Source of the DNA: Patescibacteria group bacterium | GTDB lineage: Bacteria; Patescibacteriota; Patescibacteriia; UBA1558; GWA2-36-10 | Assembly: GCA_041662585.1 (NCBI GenBank) | Contig: JBAZSG010000001.1 | Coordinates: forward strand, 130,381-194,380 | DNA: 64,000 bases | Direction of reading: 5' to 3' | Part shown: piece after piece, positions 29,106-37,315 of the stretch | Layout of the letters: every line of letters begins with the position of its first letter | Numbering within the stretch: the first letter of the stretch is position 1 | The notes under the pieces: generated by a model | What the model was told of the DNA's origin: nothing | The model's database searches: none | The model's input: only the letters and a program-made list of their open reading frames with translations | Position numbers and translations under genes: made by a program

Positions 29106-29164
29106 GTAAATTTACAAACACAAAATTATATAATAAAAATAAAATTTAAATAACTATATTTAAT

Positions 29165-29482
29165 ATGGAAATAAAAGAATCACAAAAAAAGGTTTATAAA
29201 ATACTCCTAAAAAATGCCAAAAGAGATAATATTAAAATAGATGATGATTACTTATTACTAAAACTCACTGAAGAACTGGGCGAATTCATACAATCATATC
29301 TAATACACAAAAAAAGATGTCGACCAGTAAAATATACAGCGCCCCAAGTATCTAAAAAAGAATTATTCAAAGAATTATCAGATGTTTTGGGATTGGTTTT
29401 GTCAATTGCCGAAAATCTCAATATTAATATTGAAGAAGCTTTAATAAAAAAATGGATTACTAGAGAGTGGATTAAAAATTAA
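29165..29482 (+). CDS. MazG-like nucleotide pyrophosphohydrolase domain protein
   Basis: LKLTEELGEF (E-E-x-G-E motif) characteristic of all-alpha MazG/HisE NTP pyrophosphatases; 105 aa. Confidence 0.5.
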   Translation: MEIKESQKKVYKILLKNAKRDNIKIDDDYLLLKLTEELGEFIQSYLIHKKRCRPVKYTAPQVSKKELFKELSDVLGLVLSIAENLNINIEEALIKKWITREWIKN

Positions 29483-29489
29483 AAATTGG

Positions 29490-29798
29490 CTATAAAGAAG
29501 AACCACCAGATCTTGCAATCCGGTGGTTTTTTATCATGTCCTCTTTTTTTTCTTGAGGCTCTTCTTGTTGAGTTGGTGGTGGCGGTGGATAGTCCTCGTA
29601 TTCATATTCATATGTTGTGGTGGTGAGAAACAAAATCACAATACAATTTATCAAAAAACCACACAAGATACAACGAATCCCAATGGATCTCAAATAGGCT
29701 TTCCTCTCTACCCAGCCGATGATCAAAAGAACAAAGCCACCAATCAACAAGATACTTGCCACAAAAGAAGCGAAAGAAAACAGTATATCTGACAACAT
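29490..29798 (-). CDS. small membrane protein with Tyr/Glu and poly-Pro tail
   Basis: Two TM helices then YEYEYEDYPPPPPTQQEEPQEKK; 102 aa. Confidence 0.4.
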   Translation of the reverse strand: MLSDILFSFASFVASILLIGGFVLLIIGWVERKAYLRSIGIRCILCGFLINCIVILFLTTTTYEYEYEDYPPPPPTQQEEPQEKKEDMIKNHRIARSGGSSL

Positions 29799-29936
29799 TT
29801 GGACTCCTTGTCCTTGGCGGTTAAAAGATCTTTTAATAGTAGATATTATTATATAAAGCTAAGATTGTCAATAAAAAGATGACAAAAATCCAAATAATGC
29901 TAAAATTAAAATAAAGCTATAAATTAAAATAAAATA

Positions 29937-30449
29937 ATGCCCGAACTAAGCCTCTACTTTATCCTCTCCCAAATTGCAGTGACTATTGCCATGGTTTTTG
30001 ATTTTCTGAGCTTTCAATTTAAAAAAAGACAAGCTACTATTTTGTGTTTTATAATTTCCGCTAGTCTGATTAGTACTCATTATTTTTTATTGGGGAAAAC
30101 TGCCGCTGGAGTAATCACATTTTTGTCTGTCGTGAGATTTATCACTTCCTATTTTAGTATTAAGAAAAAATATTTATTTTTATTTATTACTCTAAATACT
30201 TTATCATTATTTTTTACTTACAATAATACTAGTGATTTCATAGTCTATATCGGATCAGTGATATTTATGACTGGCAATTTTCATGCTGACAACAAATCAA
30301 TGCGCAAGCTAATGATGCTAGGAACATCTATATTTATCTTATATAATTTTATTATATTTTCTCCAATGGCCGTAATCATGGAAAGCTCATTTTTGATGAG
30401 TAATTTTATTGGCTATTATAGGCATTATATAAAAACCAAAAAAATATGA
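29937..30449 (+). CDS. multi-TM inner-membrane protein, possible Pnu-type nucleoside transporter (tentative)
   Basis: 170 aa, 5-6 hydrophobic helices; 4-nt overlap (ATGA) with the downstream NUDIX gene suggests an operon. Confidence 0.4.
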   Translation: MPELSLYFILSQIAVTIAMVFDFLSFQFKKRQATILCFIISASLISTHYFLLGKTAAGVITFLSVVRFITSYFSIKKKYLFLFITLNTLSLFFTYNNTSDFIVYIGSVIFMTGNFHADNKSMRKLMMLGTSIFILYNFIIFSPMAVIMESSFLMSNFIGYYRHYIKTKKI

Positions 30450-30850
30450 AAAAACGTAACGTATCAGTAATATTATTATACAACGATAAAAAAGAGGTCC
30501 TCTTACAACACCGTAGCGAAGATTCTCCAACTTTAGCTGGCTATTGGGCTTTTTTTGGTGGTGGCATAGAGGCAGGAGAAAACCCTGAAGAAGCTGTAAA
30601 AAGAGAAACGATAGAAGAACTTAATTATCAATTAAAAGGTCCCCAAAAAGTAATGACTCAAAATTTTATTGGTGAAGTTTATGAAGGAGTAAAATATGTA
30701 TTTATAGAAAAATATGACTCTTCTCAAAAACTTGAGCTACATGAAGGACAGGGTATGAAATGGGTTAAAATTTCTAATACAAAAGAAATGAAAATAATTG
30801 ACCATGATAGAGAAGTCTTAGAATTTGTTGAAAATAATATATTAAAATAA
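30446..30850 (+). CDS. NUDIX hydrolase
   Basis: Nudix box GGGIEAGENPEEAVKRETIEELN. Confidence 0.8.
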   Translation: MKKRNVSVILLYNDKKEVLLQHRSEDSPTLAGYWAFFGGGIEAGENPEEAVKRETIEELNYQLKGPQKVMTQNFIGEVYEGVKYVFIEKYDSSQKLELHEGQGMKWVKISNTKEMKIIDHDREVLEFVENNILK

Positions 30851-30858
30851 ACAAAACT

Positions 30859-31113
30859 ATGAAAAAAAATTTATTACTTCTGGTCTTTCCCTTATTAATA
30901 GGCGCCGGTTGCAATTCTTCTGTAAATTTATCAAATTTAAAATATTGTCAAACAGACAATGACTGTACAATAAAATATAATATTAAATATGAGGGAAATT
31001 GTTCAGCAGGTTGCTTTAACAAAGACGCTAAATCTGACAATAGTTGCAATTTGGTATGGGAAAGCTTTGCACCAAATAAAACCTGTACTTGCAATGACAA
31101 CTTGTGTTCTTAA
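30859..31113 (+). CDS. small Cys-rich lipoprotein
   Basis: Lipobox LLIGAGC, 8 cysteines in 60 mature residues. Confidence 0.5.
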   Translation: MKKNLLLLVFPLLIGAGCNSSVNLSNLKYCQTDNDCTIKYNIKYEGNCSAGCFNKDAKSDNSCNLVWESFAPNKTCTCNDNLCS

Positions 31114-31124
31114 TTGTATCCCCT

Positions 31125-31145
31125 AGCCCCGCCGTAGGCGGGGCT
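31125..31145 (+). repeat. copy 3 of the repeated hairpin AGCCCCGCC-GTA-GGCGGGGCT
   Basis: Identical to copy 2; followed by ATTTTATTT and then a TTGTAC promoter. Confidence 0.65.
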
Positions 31146-31152
31146 ATTTTAT

Positions 31153-31181
31153 TTGTACTTTTTTATTGAATAAAGTAATAT
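31153..31181 (+). promoter_or_regulatory. promoter TTGTAC-17-TAATAT, possibly leaderless transcript
   Basis: -35-like TTGTAC 31153-31158, 17-nt spacer, TAATAT 31176-31181; ORF ATG at 31188 lies only 6 nt after the -10. Confidence 0.4.
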
Positions 31182-31187
31182 GAGTAT

Positions 31188-31586
31188 ATGAAATATCATA
31201 AAAGAGCTGCCGTAATAATAATCAAGGATAACAAAATACTCCTAATGCATAGACTAAAAAATGATAGAGAGTATTATACTATCCCCGGTGGTACACTAGA
31301 AGATGAAGAGACTATCGAGCAAACTGCTATTAGAGAAATAAAAGAAGAGACCGGTCTAGATATCTCTTTGAGTGAATTGCTCTGGGAATACAAAGATGAG
31401 TATCATCATGGTTATTATTTTTTGGCTCAAAATATCAATGGCCAAGTAGAGCTAGGTGGTGAAGAACTAGACAAAAATAATCCACAAAATCATTATGCCC
31501 TAGAGTGGATTGAATTAAAAAATATAAAAAATATATTACTCTATCCTCGCCAAATAGCTGAAAATATCTATAAAAAATTTAAATAA
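31188..31586 (+). CDS. NUDIX hydrolase
   Basis: Nudix box GGTLEDEETIEQTAIREIKEETG. Confidence 0.8.
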   Translation: MKYHKRAAVIIIKDNKILLMHRLKNDREYYTIPGGTLEDEETIEQTAIREIKEETGLDISLSELLWEYKDEYHHGYYFLAQNINGQVELGGEELDKNNPQNHYALEWIELKNIKNILLYPRQIAENIYKKFK

Positions 31587-31593
31587 ATAAAAT

Positions 31594-32250
31594 ATGAACC
31601 ATTTTGAAAATCAACACACTGAGTCTCCAAATACAAAAATAGATGAGCTACTAAAAAAATTGGCTGATTTAGACATTCATCTAGAGCAAGAAACTGCCGA
31701 CACAGAGCAGCTCAGCCCTCAAGAGAGAATAAAATCAATTAAAAATGTTTGGGATGCTATCAAAGCGAAACTAGACAATCCTGAAACAGCTTTGGATGTG
31801 GGCTCTGGTTTTGGCTACGGAACAGTAGTTTTGGATATGGAGGGTATTAAAACCGTTGGGATTGAGAGTGTGCCTATTAAAAATCAACAAGCTGTAGCAT
31901 TGTTTCAAAAAGTTGATATTATTTTACATGAAATAGATGAGATTGATTTTGAAAAATCTCCAGCTATATTGGAAGCTGACTTCAATAAATTGGACGAAAA
32001 AGAAATTGTTGATTTAATCACCATGTTTTATCTAAGTGAAGAATTGGTAAGCAAAGAAAAAACGTTTCAGATGTGTGAACAACTACTCAAAAAAAATGGT
32101 CAGATAGTACTAGCCACTGAAGCTGATAGAGCAACCGTAGAAACTATTATTTCTTCTGGTAATATAAAATTGCCAGCTAATTTTTCTGTTGAAATAATTG
32201 ATCTACCCAATAATTTTGAAAAAACAGTTATAATATTGACCAAAATTTAA
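31594..32250 (+). CDS. putative SAM-dependent methyltransferase-like protein
   Basis: LDVGSGFGYG glycine-rich motif I-like; acidic N-terminal region; 218 aa. Confidence 0.45.
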   Translation: MNHFENQHTESPNTKIDELLKKLADLDIHLEQETADTEQLSPQERIKSIKNVWDAIKAKLDNPETALDVGSGFGYGTVVLDMEGIKTVGIESVPIKNQQAVALFQKVDIILHEIDEIDFEKSPAILEADFNKLDEKEIVDLITMFYLSEELVSKEKTFQMCEQLLKKNGQIVLATEADRATVETIISSGNIKLPANFSVEIIDLPNNFEKTVIILTKI

Positions 32251-32300
32251 ATAGCCAAAAATAAAAAAACGCACTAACTTCCTATGTTTTAAGTGCGTTA

Positions 32301-32540
32301 TTATAATTCCTCTATCAATAGAATCAATTGTCCGTATTCTACGGGCATATCATCTAATAATAGAAATCCGATTATCTTACCATCTATGGGGGACAAGACA
32401 TCGGTATACAAACCCAGGGCTTTAATACGCCCTAAGACTTGGTTTTTTTGTACCTTTCGGCCAATACGAGCCACGACTTCGTCGCTCTGTTCCATTTTGG
32501 CCCAATAAAAAGTACCAACCATTGTTGATCTTATCTCCAC
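32301..32540 (-). CDS. biotin carboxyl carrier protein (AccB) C-terminal-domain homolog lacking the canonical biotinyl-lysine
   Basis: MVGTFY...VGRKV...PVEYGQLILLIEE is collinear with the E. coli AccB biotinyl domain from memory, but the EAMKM position reads KALGL (Lys shifted by -2). Confidence 0.55.
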   Translation of the reverse strand: MEIRSTMVGTFYWAKMEQSDEVVARIGRKVQKNQVLGRIKALGLYTDVLSPIDGKIIGFLLLDDMPVEYGQLILLIEEL

Positions 32541-32670
32541 AATAAACCTCCGAATCTATGATAAATAAATACTAAAATATTATAAAAGTCTTGATTTCTA
32601 TTGCTATTAAAGATCTGGCAAATGACAATACACCATACAATATATTATATATTTAGTCAATTTTAAAAAT

Positions 32671-32699
32671 TTGTACTTTCCAACCCTATACAGTAAAAT
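32671..32699 (+). promoter_or_regulatory. promoter TTGTAC-17-TAAAAT (copy B of the duplicated promoter module)
   Basis: TTGTAC 32671-32676, spacer TTTCCAACCCTATACAG (13/17 identical to copy A), TAAAAT 32694-32699; 25 nt upstream of the 32724 ORF. Confidence 0.5.
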
Positions 32700-32723
32700 A
32701 ACTATATAAATTAAAATTAAGCT

Positions 32724-33539
32724 ATGAAAAAAGAAATCGCCATTATCTATGATGTTGATGGTACTCTAGCCAAAGGCAATCTACCAGAGCAAAAACTCTT
32801 ACCTGATTTAGGAATCAATACTCAAGCCTTTTGGCAAGAAACTGAAAATTTAAAAAAACAAAATGACTCGGATGGCATCCTGGCTTATATGCATCTATTG
32901 GCCAAAAAAGCTGCTGCCAAAAATTTTAAGCTCTCACCAGAAATATTTGCTAAATATGGTTCTGAAATAAAGTTTTTTAAAGGTGTAGATACTTGGTTTA
33001 ATAGAATAAATAAATTTTCAACTGACCAGTATGTTATTAGACATTATATTATCTCCTCTGGCTTACATGAAATGCTAGCCTCTACTTCGATAGCCAAACA
33101 TTTTAAACAAATCTTTGCTTGTAAATATCTTTATGATGAAAATGATTCTATCTTGTCACCAGCTGTCGCTATAAACTACACTACCAAAACTCAATATCTA
33201 TTTCGGATAAACAAAGGTATATTAAATCATTATGATGATAAAGCTTTAAATAAATGGATGGCCACCAAAGATAGACCAGTGCCTTTTTCTAGAATGATTT
33301 ATCTAGGTGATGGAGATACTGATATCCCAGCCATGAAAATGGTCAAAACCAATGGTGGTGCTTCTATTGGTGTTTTTGATCCCGACAAATGGAGTGACAG
33401 CGCTCATCAAGACAAAATATACAAACTAATTTCAGAAGATAGAGTAACTTATGTAGCCCCAGCTGATTATTCCAATAGTTCTCAGCTAGATATTTTGATA
33501 AAAGGTATACTCGGCCGGATAATAAACGAAAATAAATAA
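32724..33539 (+). CDS. HAD-like hydrolase (tentative)
   Basis: IAIIYDVDGTLAKGN DxDGT motif near the N-terminus; GDGDTD motif-IV-like region; 271 aa. Confidence 0.55.
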   Translation: MKKEIAIIYDVDGTLAKGNLPEQKLLPDLGINTQAFWQETENLKKQNDSDGILAYMHLLAKKAAAKNFKLSPEIFAKYGSEIKFFKGVDTWFNRINKFSTDQYVIRHYIISSGLHEMLASTSIAKHFKQIFACKYLYDENDSILSPAVAINYTTKTQYLFRINKGILNHYDDKALNKWMATKDRPVPFSRMIYLGDGDTDIPAMKMVKTNGGASIGVFDPDKWSDSAHQDKIYKLISEDRVTYVAPADYSNSSQLDILIKGILGRIINENK

Positions 33540-33582
33540 TCCATAGATCTTACTTTGGATTATTTAAAATTATTATAATAAA

Positions 33583-34143
33583 TTATTTGAGTAAAGTTGG
33601 TTTTCTAATCGTCCGACCTTGATTGGCTCCAGCAGCTATACCTCCGCCTGAGCCTCCTGCCTGTGTATCAGGACTTGACCAAGGATTTTTCTTTATTGAT
33701 ACAGAGCCTCTGTTTGTCAAAAAATCTGGCAACTCTCGCACCGGACTTGGCTTAATTTCTTCTTTGATGGCGGCTGATCTCTGTTCGGCTTTGCTGGGTT
33801 TTTTTATTGCTACAGCCTTGCTAGCACCCACCTTGCTAAAATGTCTAAAAAGTCTTTCAATAACCTGAATATCTGATGAAGTAAGATTTTGGTCATTTTT
33901 TTTGACTTCTCTGAGCATTTTTTCAGCCATACCACTAGTAACCTCATTACTTCTAATATATTCTTCGTATTTTTTGGCCACAGCACTAAGGGCTTGTTTG
34001 TTGTCCTTTAGACTCTTAAGTGATGGATTTTTTACCACCGAATCAGACAAAGCCCTATTAAAACTACCAGCTTTGTTGCCAGTGCCATAAAATTTATTAC
34101 CCCGAGAAAATCGGCCTTTTATTACATCATCTATCAGACTCAT
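33583..34143 (-). CDS. hypothetical basic protein
   Basis: 186-aa ORF with coding-like composition; Gly-rich C-terminal region; no motif. Confidence 0.4.
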   Translation of the reverse strand: MSLIDDVIKGRFSRGNKFYGTGNKAGSFNRALSDSVVKNPSLKSLKDNKQALSAVAKKYEEYIRSNEVTSGMAEKMLREVKKNDQNLTSSDIQVIERLFRHFSKVGASKAVAIKKPSKAEQRSAAIKEEIKPSPVRELPDFLTNRGSVSIKKNPWSSPDTQAGGSGGGIAAGANQGRTIRKPTLLK

Positions 34144-34287
34144 AATAATTATAATTAATGAATATTATCTATATAATATCATATTTATTTTATTTTTACG
34201 AACCAATAAAAATGCTTAATTAAATGATTTTTGACCAAAAAAGTGAATCAAGGTAAAATTACTTTATAAATTTTAAAATAAAATTTT

Positions 34288-34581
34288 ATGGATAATATTG
34301 AGAAAAAAAAGATAAAAGATTACCTCAATAGCCCTGATACTGAGCTATTGGAAATAGTCTATGATCAATACGATACTCCCAATGCTGATTTGGCCAAATG
34401 GACCCTCAACTATCGTCTTTATGATAATATGGTCCAACTAAATCAGACTATTTTTCAAAATAGCAAAAACACGGCCAAATACAATCGCTATATGCTGTGG
34501 TTAGCAATACTCATGGCGACTATCACATTTTTAAATCTTATGTTGATTATCCGAAGTGCTTTCATTGATTTAAATTTTTAA
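34288..34581 (+). CDS. hypothetical protein with C-terminal TM helix
   Basis: 97 aa; 4 nt separate its stop from the adenosyltransferase start. Confidence 0.4.
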   Translation: MDNIEKKKIKDYLNSPDTELLEIVYDQYDTPNADLAKWTLNYRLYDNMVQLNQTIFQNSKNTAKYNRYMLWLAILMATITFLNLMLIIRSAFIDLNF

Positions 34582-34585
34582 AACA

Positions 34586-35128
34586 ATGACTGTAAATAGT
34601 GGGAAAATACATATCTATACTGGCGATGGCAAGGGCAAAACCACCGCTGCTCTAGGTCTAGCTATTCGGGCTATAGGCAATGGCTTAAAAGTAGGTATTA
34701 TTTATTTTGATAAAGGTGGAAACTATTATGGCGAGCGTAAAATCCTAGACAAACTCAAAGCTGAAGGATTGGAATATATGGCTTTTGGTGAAGCACGCAT
34801 GACTGTGGGCAAAGGTTTTCGCTTTAAAAACAACACTGAAGATTTACAACAAGCTCAACTAGCTGTTGATCAAGCTATCAAATGGATGAAATCAGATTTT
34901 GACTTGCTCATTCTTGATGAAATCAACACTACAGTCAAAACTGGTTTACTAAAACTAGCTACTATCTTACATCTTATTGGCCAAAAACCTGAAAAATTGG
35001 AGCTAGTCTTGACTGGTCGCTATTGCCCTGATAAAGTAATGGAACTCGGCGATCTTATAACAGAAATGAAGCCTATAAAACATTATATAAAAACTGGCTT
35101 GTCCGCTAGAAAAGGTATTGAATTTTAA
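34586..35128 (+). CDS. cobA: ATP:cob(I)alamin adenosyltransferase (CobA/BtuR/CobO family)
   Basis: IHIYTGDGKGKTTAALGLAIRAIGNG P-loop region matches the BtuR family; 180 aa. Confidence 0.85.
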   Translation: MTVNSGKIHIYTGDGKGKTTAALGLAIRAIGNGLKVGIIYFDKGGNYYGERKILDKLKAEGLEYMAFGEARMTVGKGFRFKNNTEDLQQAQLAVDQAIKWMKSDFDLLILDEINTTVKTGLLKLATILHLIGQKPEKLELVLTGRYCPDKVMELGDLITEMKPIKHYIKTGLSARKGIEF

Positions 35129-35174
35129 ATCATTGGGTCATTCCAAATTTGTTTGAAAGATAAAAATAAATATT

Positions 35175-35669
35175 ATGAAAAAACTAGCTATTTTTATTAT
35201 TTTAATACTTATCATTGGAGCTATTTTTTATTTTTGGGAAAAAAATAGTTTTAAAAATGATTGGGAACATAACCCAAAAATACCTCAAGAAGAGAAAAAA
35301 AATAATCTTGGCCAACCTCCTTATGAGACTTACACATACTGGACATTATCATTCCAATTTTCAGAATCTGAAATAGTAGATAATATAAAATTTGAGATGA
35401 AAAAAAGTATTTATGATGATATCAGTGTAAAATCGCCTTTGTCTCTTATCACAGAAGCCGTGGCCAAACAACAAAATTGGGATTTTGAATACGAGGATTA
35501 TGGAAGTATGGGCATACTAGTTACTAAAATTAGAGACAAAAAAAATGGTCAAGATCAAAAATATTGGCAATTTTTTGTAGATGGGGAACAACCACAAATA
35601 TCAGTTGATAAATATTTTCCTCAAAGTGATACTAAAATTCAATGGAAATTTATAGAATCTGAATTATAA
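35175..35669 (+). CDS. membrane-anchored DUF4430-like (transcobalamin-like) putative B12-binding protein (tentative)
   Basis: N-terminal TM helix, then soluble domain ending ...YWQFFVDGEQP...DTKIQWKFIE, resembling the DUF4430 C-terminal pattern as I recall it. Confidence 0.4.
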   Translation: MKKLAIFIILILIIGAIFYFWEKNSFKNDWEHNPKIPQEEKKNNLGQPPYETYTYWTLSFQFSESEIVDNIKFEMKKSIYDDISVKSPLSLITEAVAKQQNWDFEYEDYGSMGILVTKIRDKKNGQDQKYWQFFVDGEQPQISVDKYFPQSDTKIQWKFIESEL

Positions 35670-35674
35670 AAACT

Positions 35675-36196
35675 ATGAAAAAAAATATATTACTAATAAT
35701 TATCGTATCTTTGGTAGCCTTGGCAGCTCGCTTTATACCACATATACCAAATTTTTCTCCCCTAGCTAGCGTGTTTCTTTTTGCTGGTGTCTATGGAAAA
35801 TCCAAACAATATATACTGTTACCACTAATAGCTTTATTTATATCTGATTTATTTTTGGGTTTTTATAAACTAGAAATTGTTTTGGCTGTTTATGGCTCCT
35901 TGAGTTTAATAGGTGTTATAGGTTTCTGGCTCAAAAAAAATAAAAATATACTCAATATAGCTAGCTCTGTACTAGCTTCGGCTCTATTATTCTTTTTGCT
36001 AACCAATTTTGCCGTTTGGTACTTCGGCACTTGGTATAGCCATGATTTGTCCGGATTACTTCTCTGCTATAATCTAGCCATTCCTTTTTTCAAAAGCACT
36101 CTACTATCTAACATAATATATTCCACACTACTATTTGGTGTTTATGAATTTGTACTCTATACCATAAAAGAAAAAAAGCTAATTACCAATGAATAG
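35675..36196 (+). CDS. 5-6 TM small membrane protein, candidate substrate-capture (S) component for a vitamin (tentative)
   Basis: 173 aa, hydrophobic throughout; immediately follows the DUF4430-like gene. Confidence 0.4.
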   Translation: MKKNILLIIIVSLVALAARFIPHIPNFSPLASVFLFAGVYGKSKQYILLPLIALFISDLFLGFYKLEIVLAVYGSLSLIGVIGFWLKKNKNILNIASSVLASALLFFLLTNFAVWYFGTWYSHDLSGLLLCYNLAIPFFKSTLLSNIIYSTLLFGVYEFVLYTIKEKKLITNE

Positions 36197-36212
36197 ACTT
36201 ACTGGTTTAATA

Positions 36213-36239
36213 CGTCGAGCTTGGCTCGGCGTTTTTTTT
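36213..36239 (+). terminator. intrinsic terminator
   Basis: CGTCGAG-CTTGG-CTCGGCG followed by TTTTTTTT. Confidence 0.6.
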
Positions 36240-36283
36240 ATTTTATGCTATAATAAACTTAATTAAAAATAACAAATAAAAAG

Positions 36284-37315
36284 ATGAATCTTAATTCTTT
36301 ATTTAAAACAGCGACCGAAAAAAAGGCTTCTGACCTTCATATTATAGTTGGTAGGCCGCCCATACTAAGGATAGATGGTGAACTAAAAATAATGAAAGAT
36401 TTGGAAGAAATAACTAGAGAAAAAGCCAAAGAGATGATTTTTAGTATTTTGACCGAACGTCAAAAAGCAAAATTTATTGACGAAAGAGAACTAGATTTAT
36501 CTTATGAAATTCCAAAATTTTCTCGTTATCGTGTAAATATACACTGGGAAAAAGATAATATTGGTTTGGTGGCTCGTGTTATCTCCAACAAAGTCCCAGC
36601 AATGGAAGATTTGGGATTGCCTCCTATTGCCAATGAAATGATAGAGCGCACCTCTGGCTTACTGCTAGTGACTGGTCCAACTGGTTGTGGTAAGTCCACT
36701 ACTCTAGCAGCCATGGTCGAAAAAATAAATAGCCTACGTTTTGCCAATATCATCACTCTAGAAGATCCGATAGAATATATTCACACTCCAAACAAAAGTA
36801 TTATCAAACAGCGTCAACTAGGCAACGATATGCTATCTTTTGATGCTGCTCTTCGTCATGTCCTTCGTCAAGATCCAAATGTAATCATGGTAGGTGAAGT
36901 CAGAGACCTAGAGACTATGTCAGCGACTATTACGCTAGCTGAAACCGGTCACTTGGTACTAGCTACTCTCCATACTCACAACGCTTCACAAACTATTGAT
37001 CGTATCATAGATGTATTTCCACCTCATCAACAAGCTCAAGTCAGATTGCAATTATCTATTTCTCTAAATGGTATTATCTCCCAACAACTATTGCCAAAAA
37101 TTGGTGGTGGTCGTATCGCTGCTAGAGAAATACTTATCAATACTCCAGCGGTAGCCAATATCATCAGAGAAAACAAAATTCCTCAAATCAAAAGTGTTAT
37201 TCAAACTAGTGCTGAGGAAGGTATGTTTTCTATGGAACAACACATCAAAGATCTCTTAGAGAGAAATCAAATAGAAGAAACAACTGCCTTAGCTTATATC
37301 AATAACTTACAATAA
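36284..37315 (+). CDS. pilT: type IV pilus retraction ATPase PilT
   Basis: GPTGCGKSTT Walker A, Asp box, PilT-type AIRNLIRE-like region; 343 aa. Confidence 0.9.
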   Translation: MNLNSLFKTATEKKASDLHIIVGRPPILRIDGELKIMKDLEEITREKAKEMIFSILTERQKAKFIDERELDLSYEIPKFSRYRVNIHWEKDNIGLVARVISNKVPAMEDLGLPPIANEMIERTSGLLLVTGPTGCGKSTTLAAMVEKINSLRFANIITLEDPIEYIHTPNKSIIKQRQLGNDMLSFDAALRHVLRQDPNVIMVGEVRDLETMSATITLAETGHLVLATLHTHNASQTIDRIIDVFPPHQQAQVRLQLSISLNGIISQQLLPKIGGGRIAAREILINTPAVANIIRENKIPQIKSVIQTSAEEGMFSMEQHIKDLLERNQIEETTALAYINNLQ

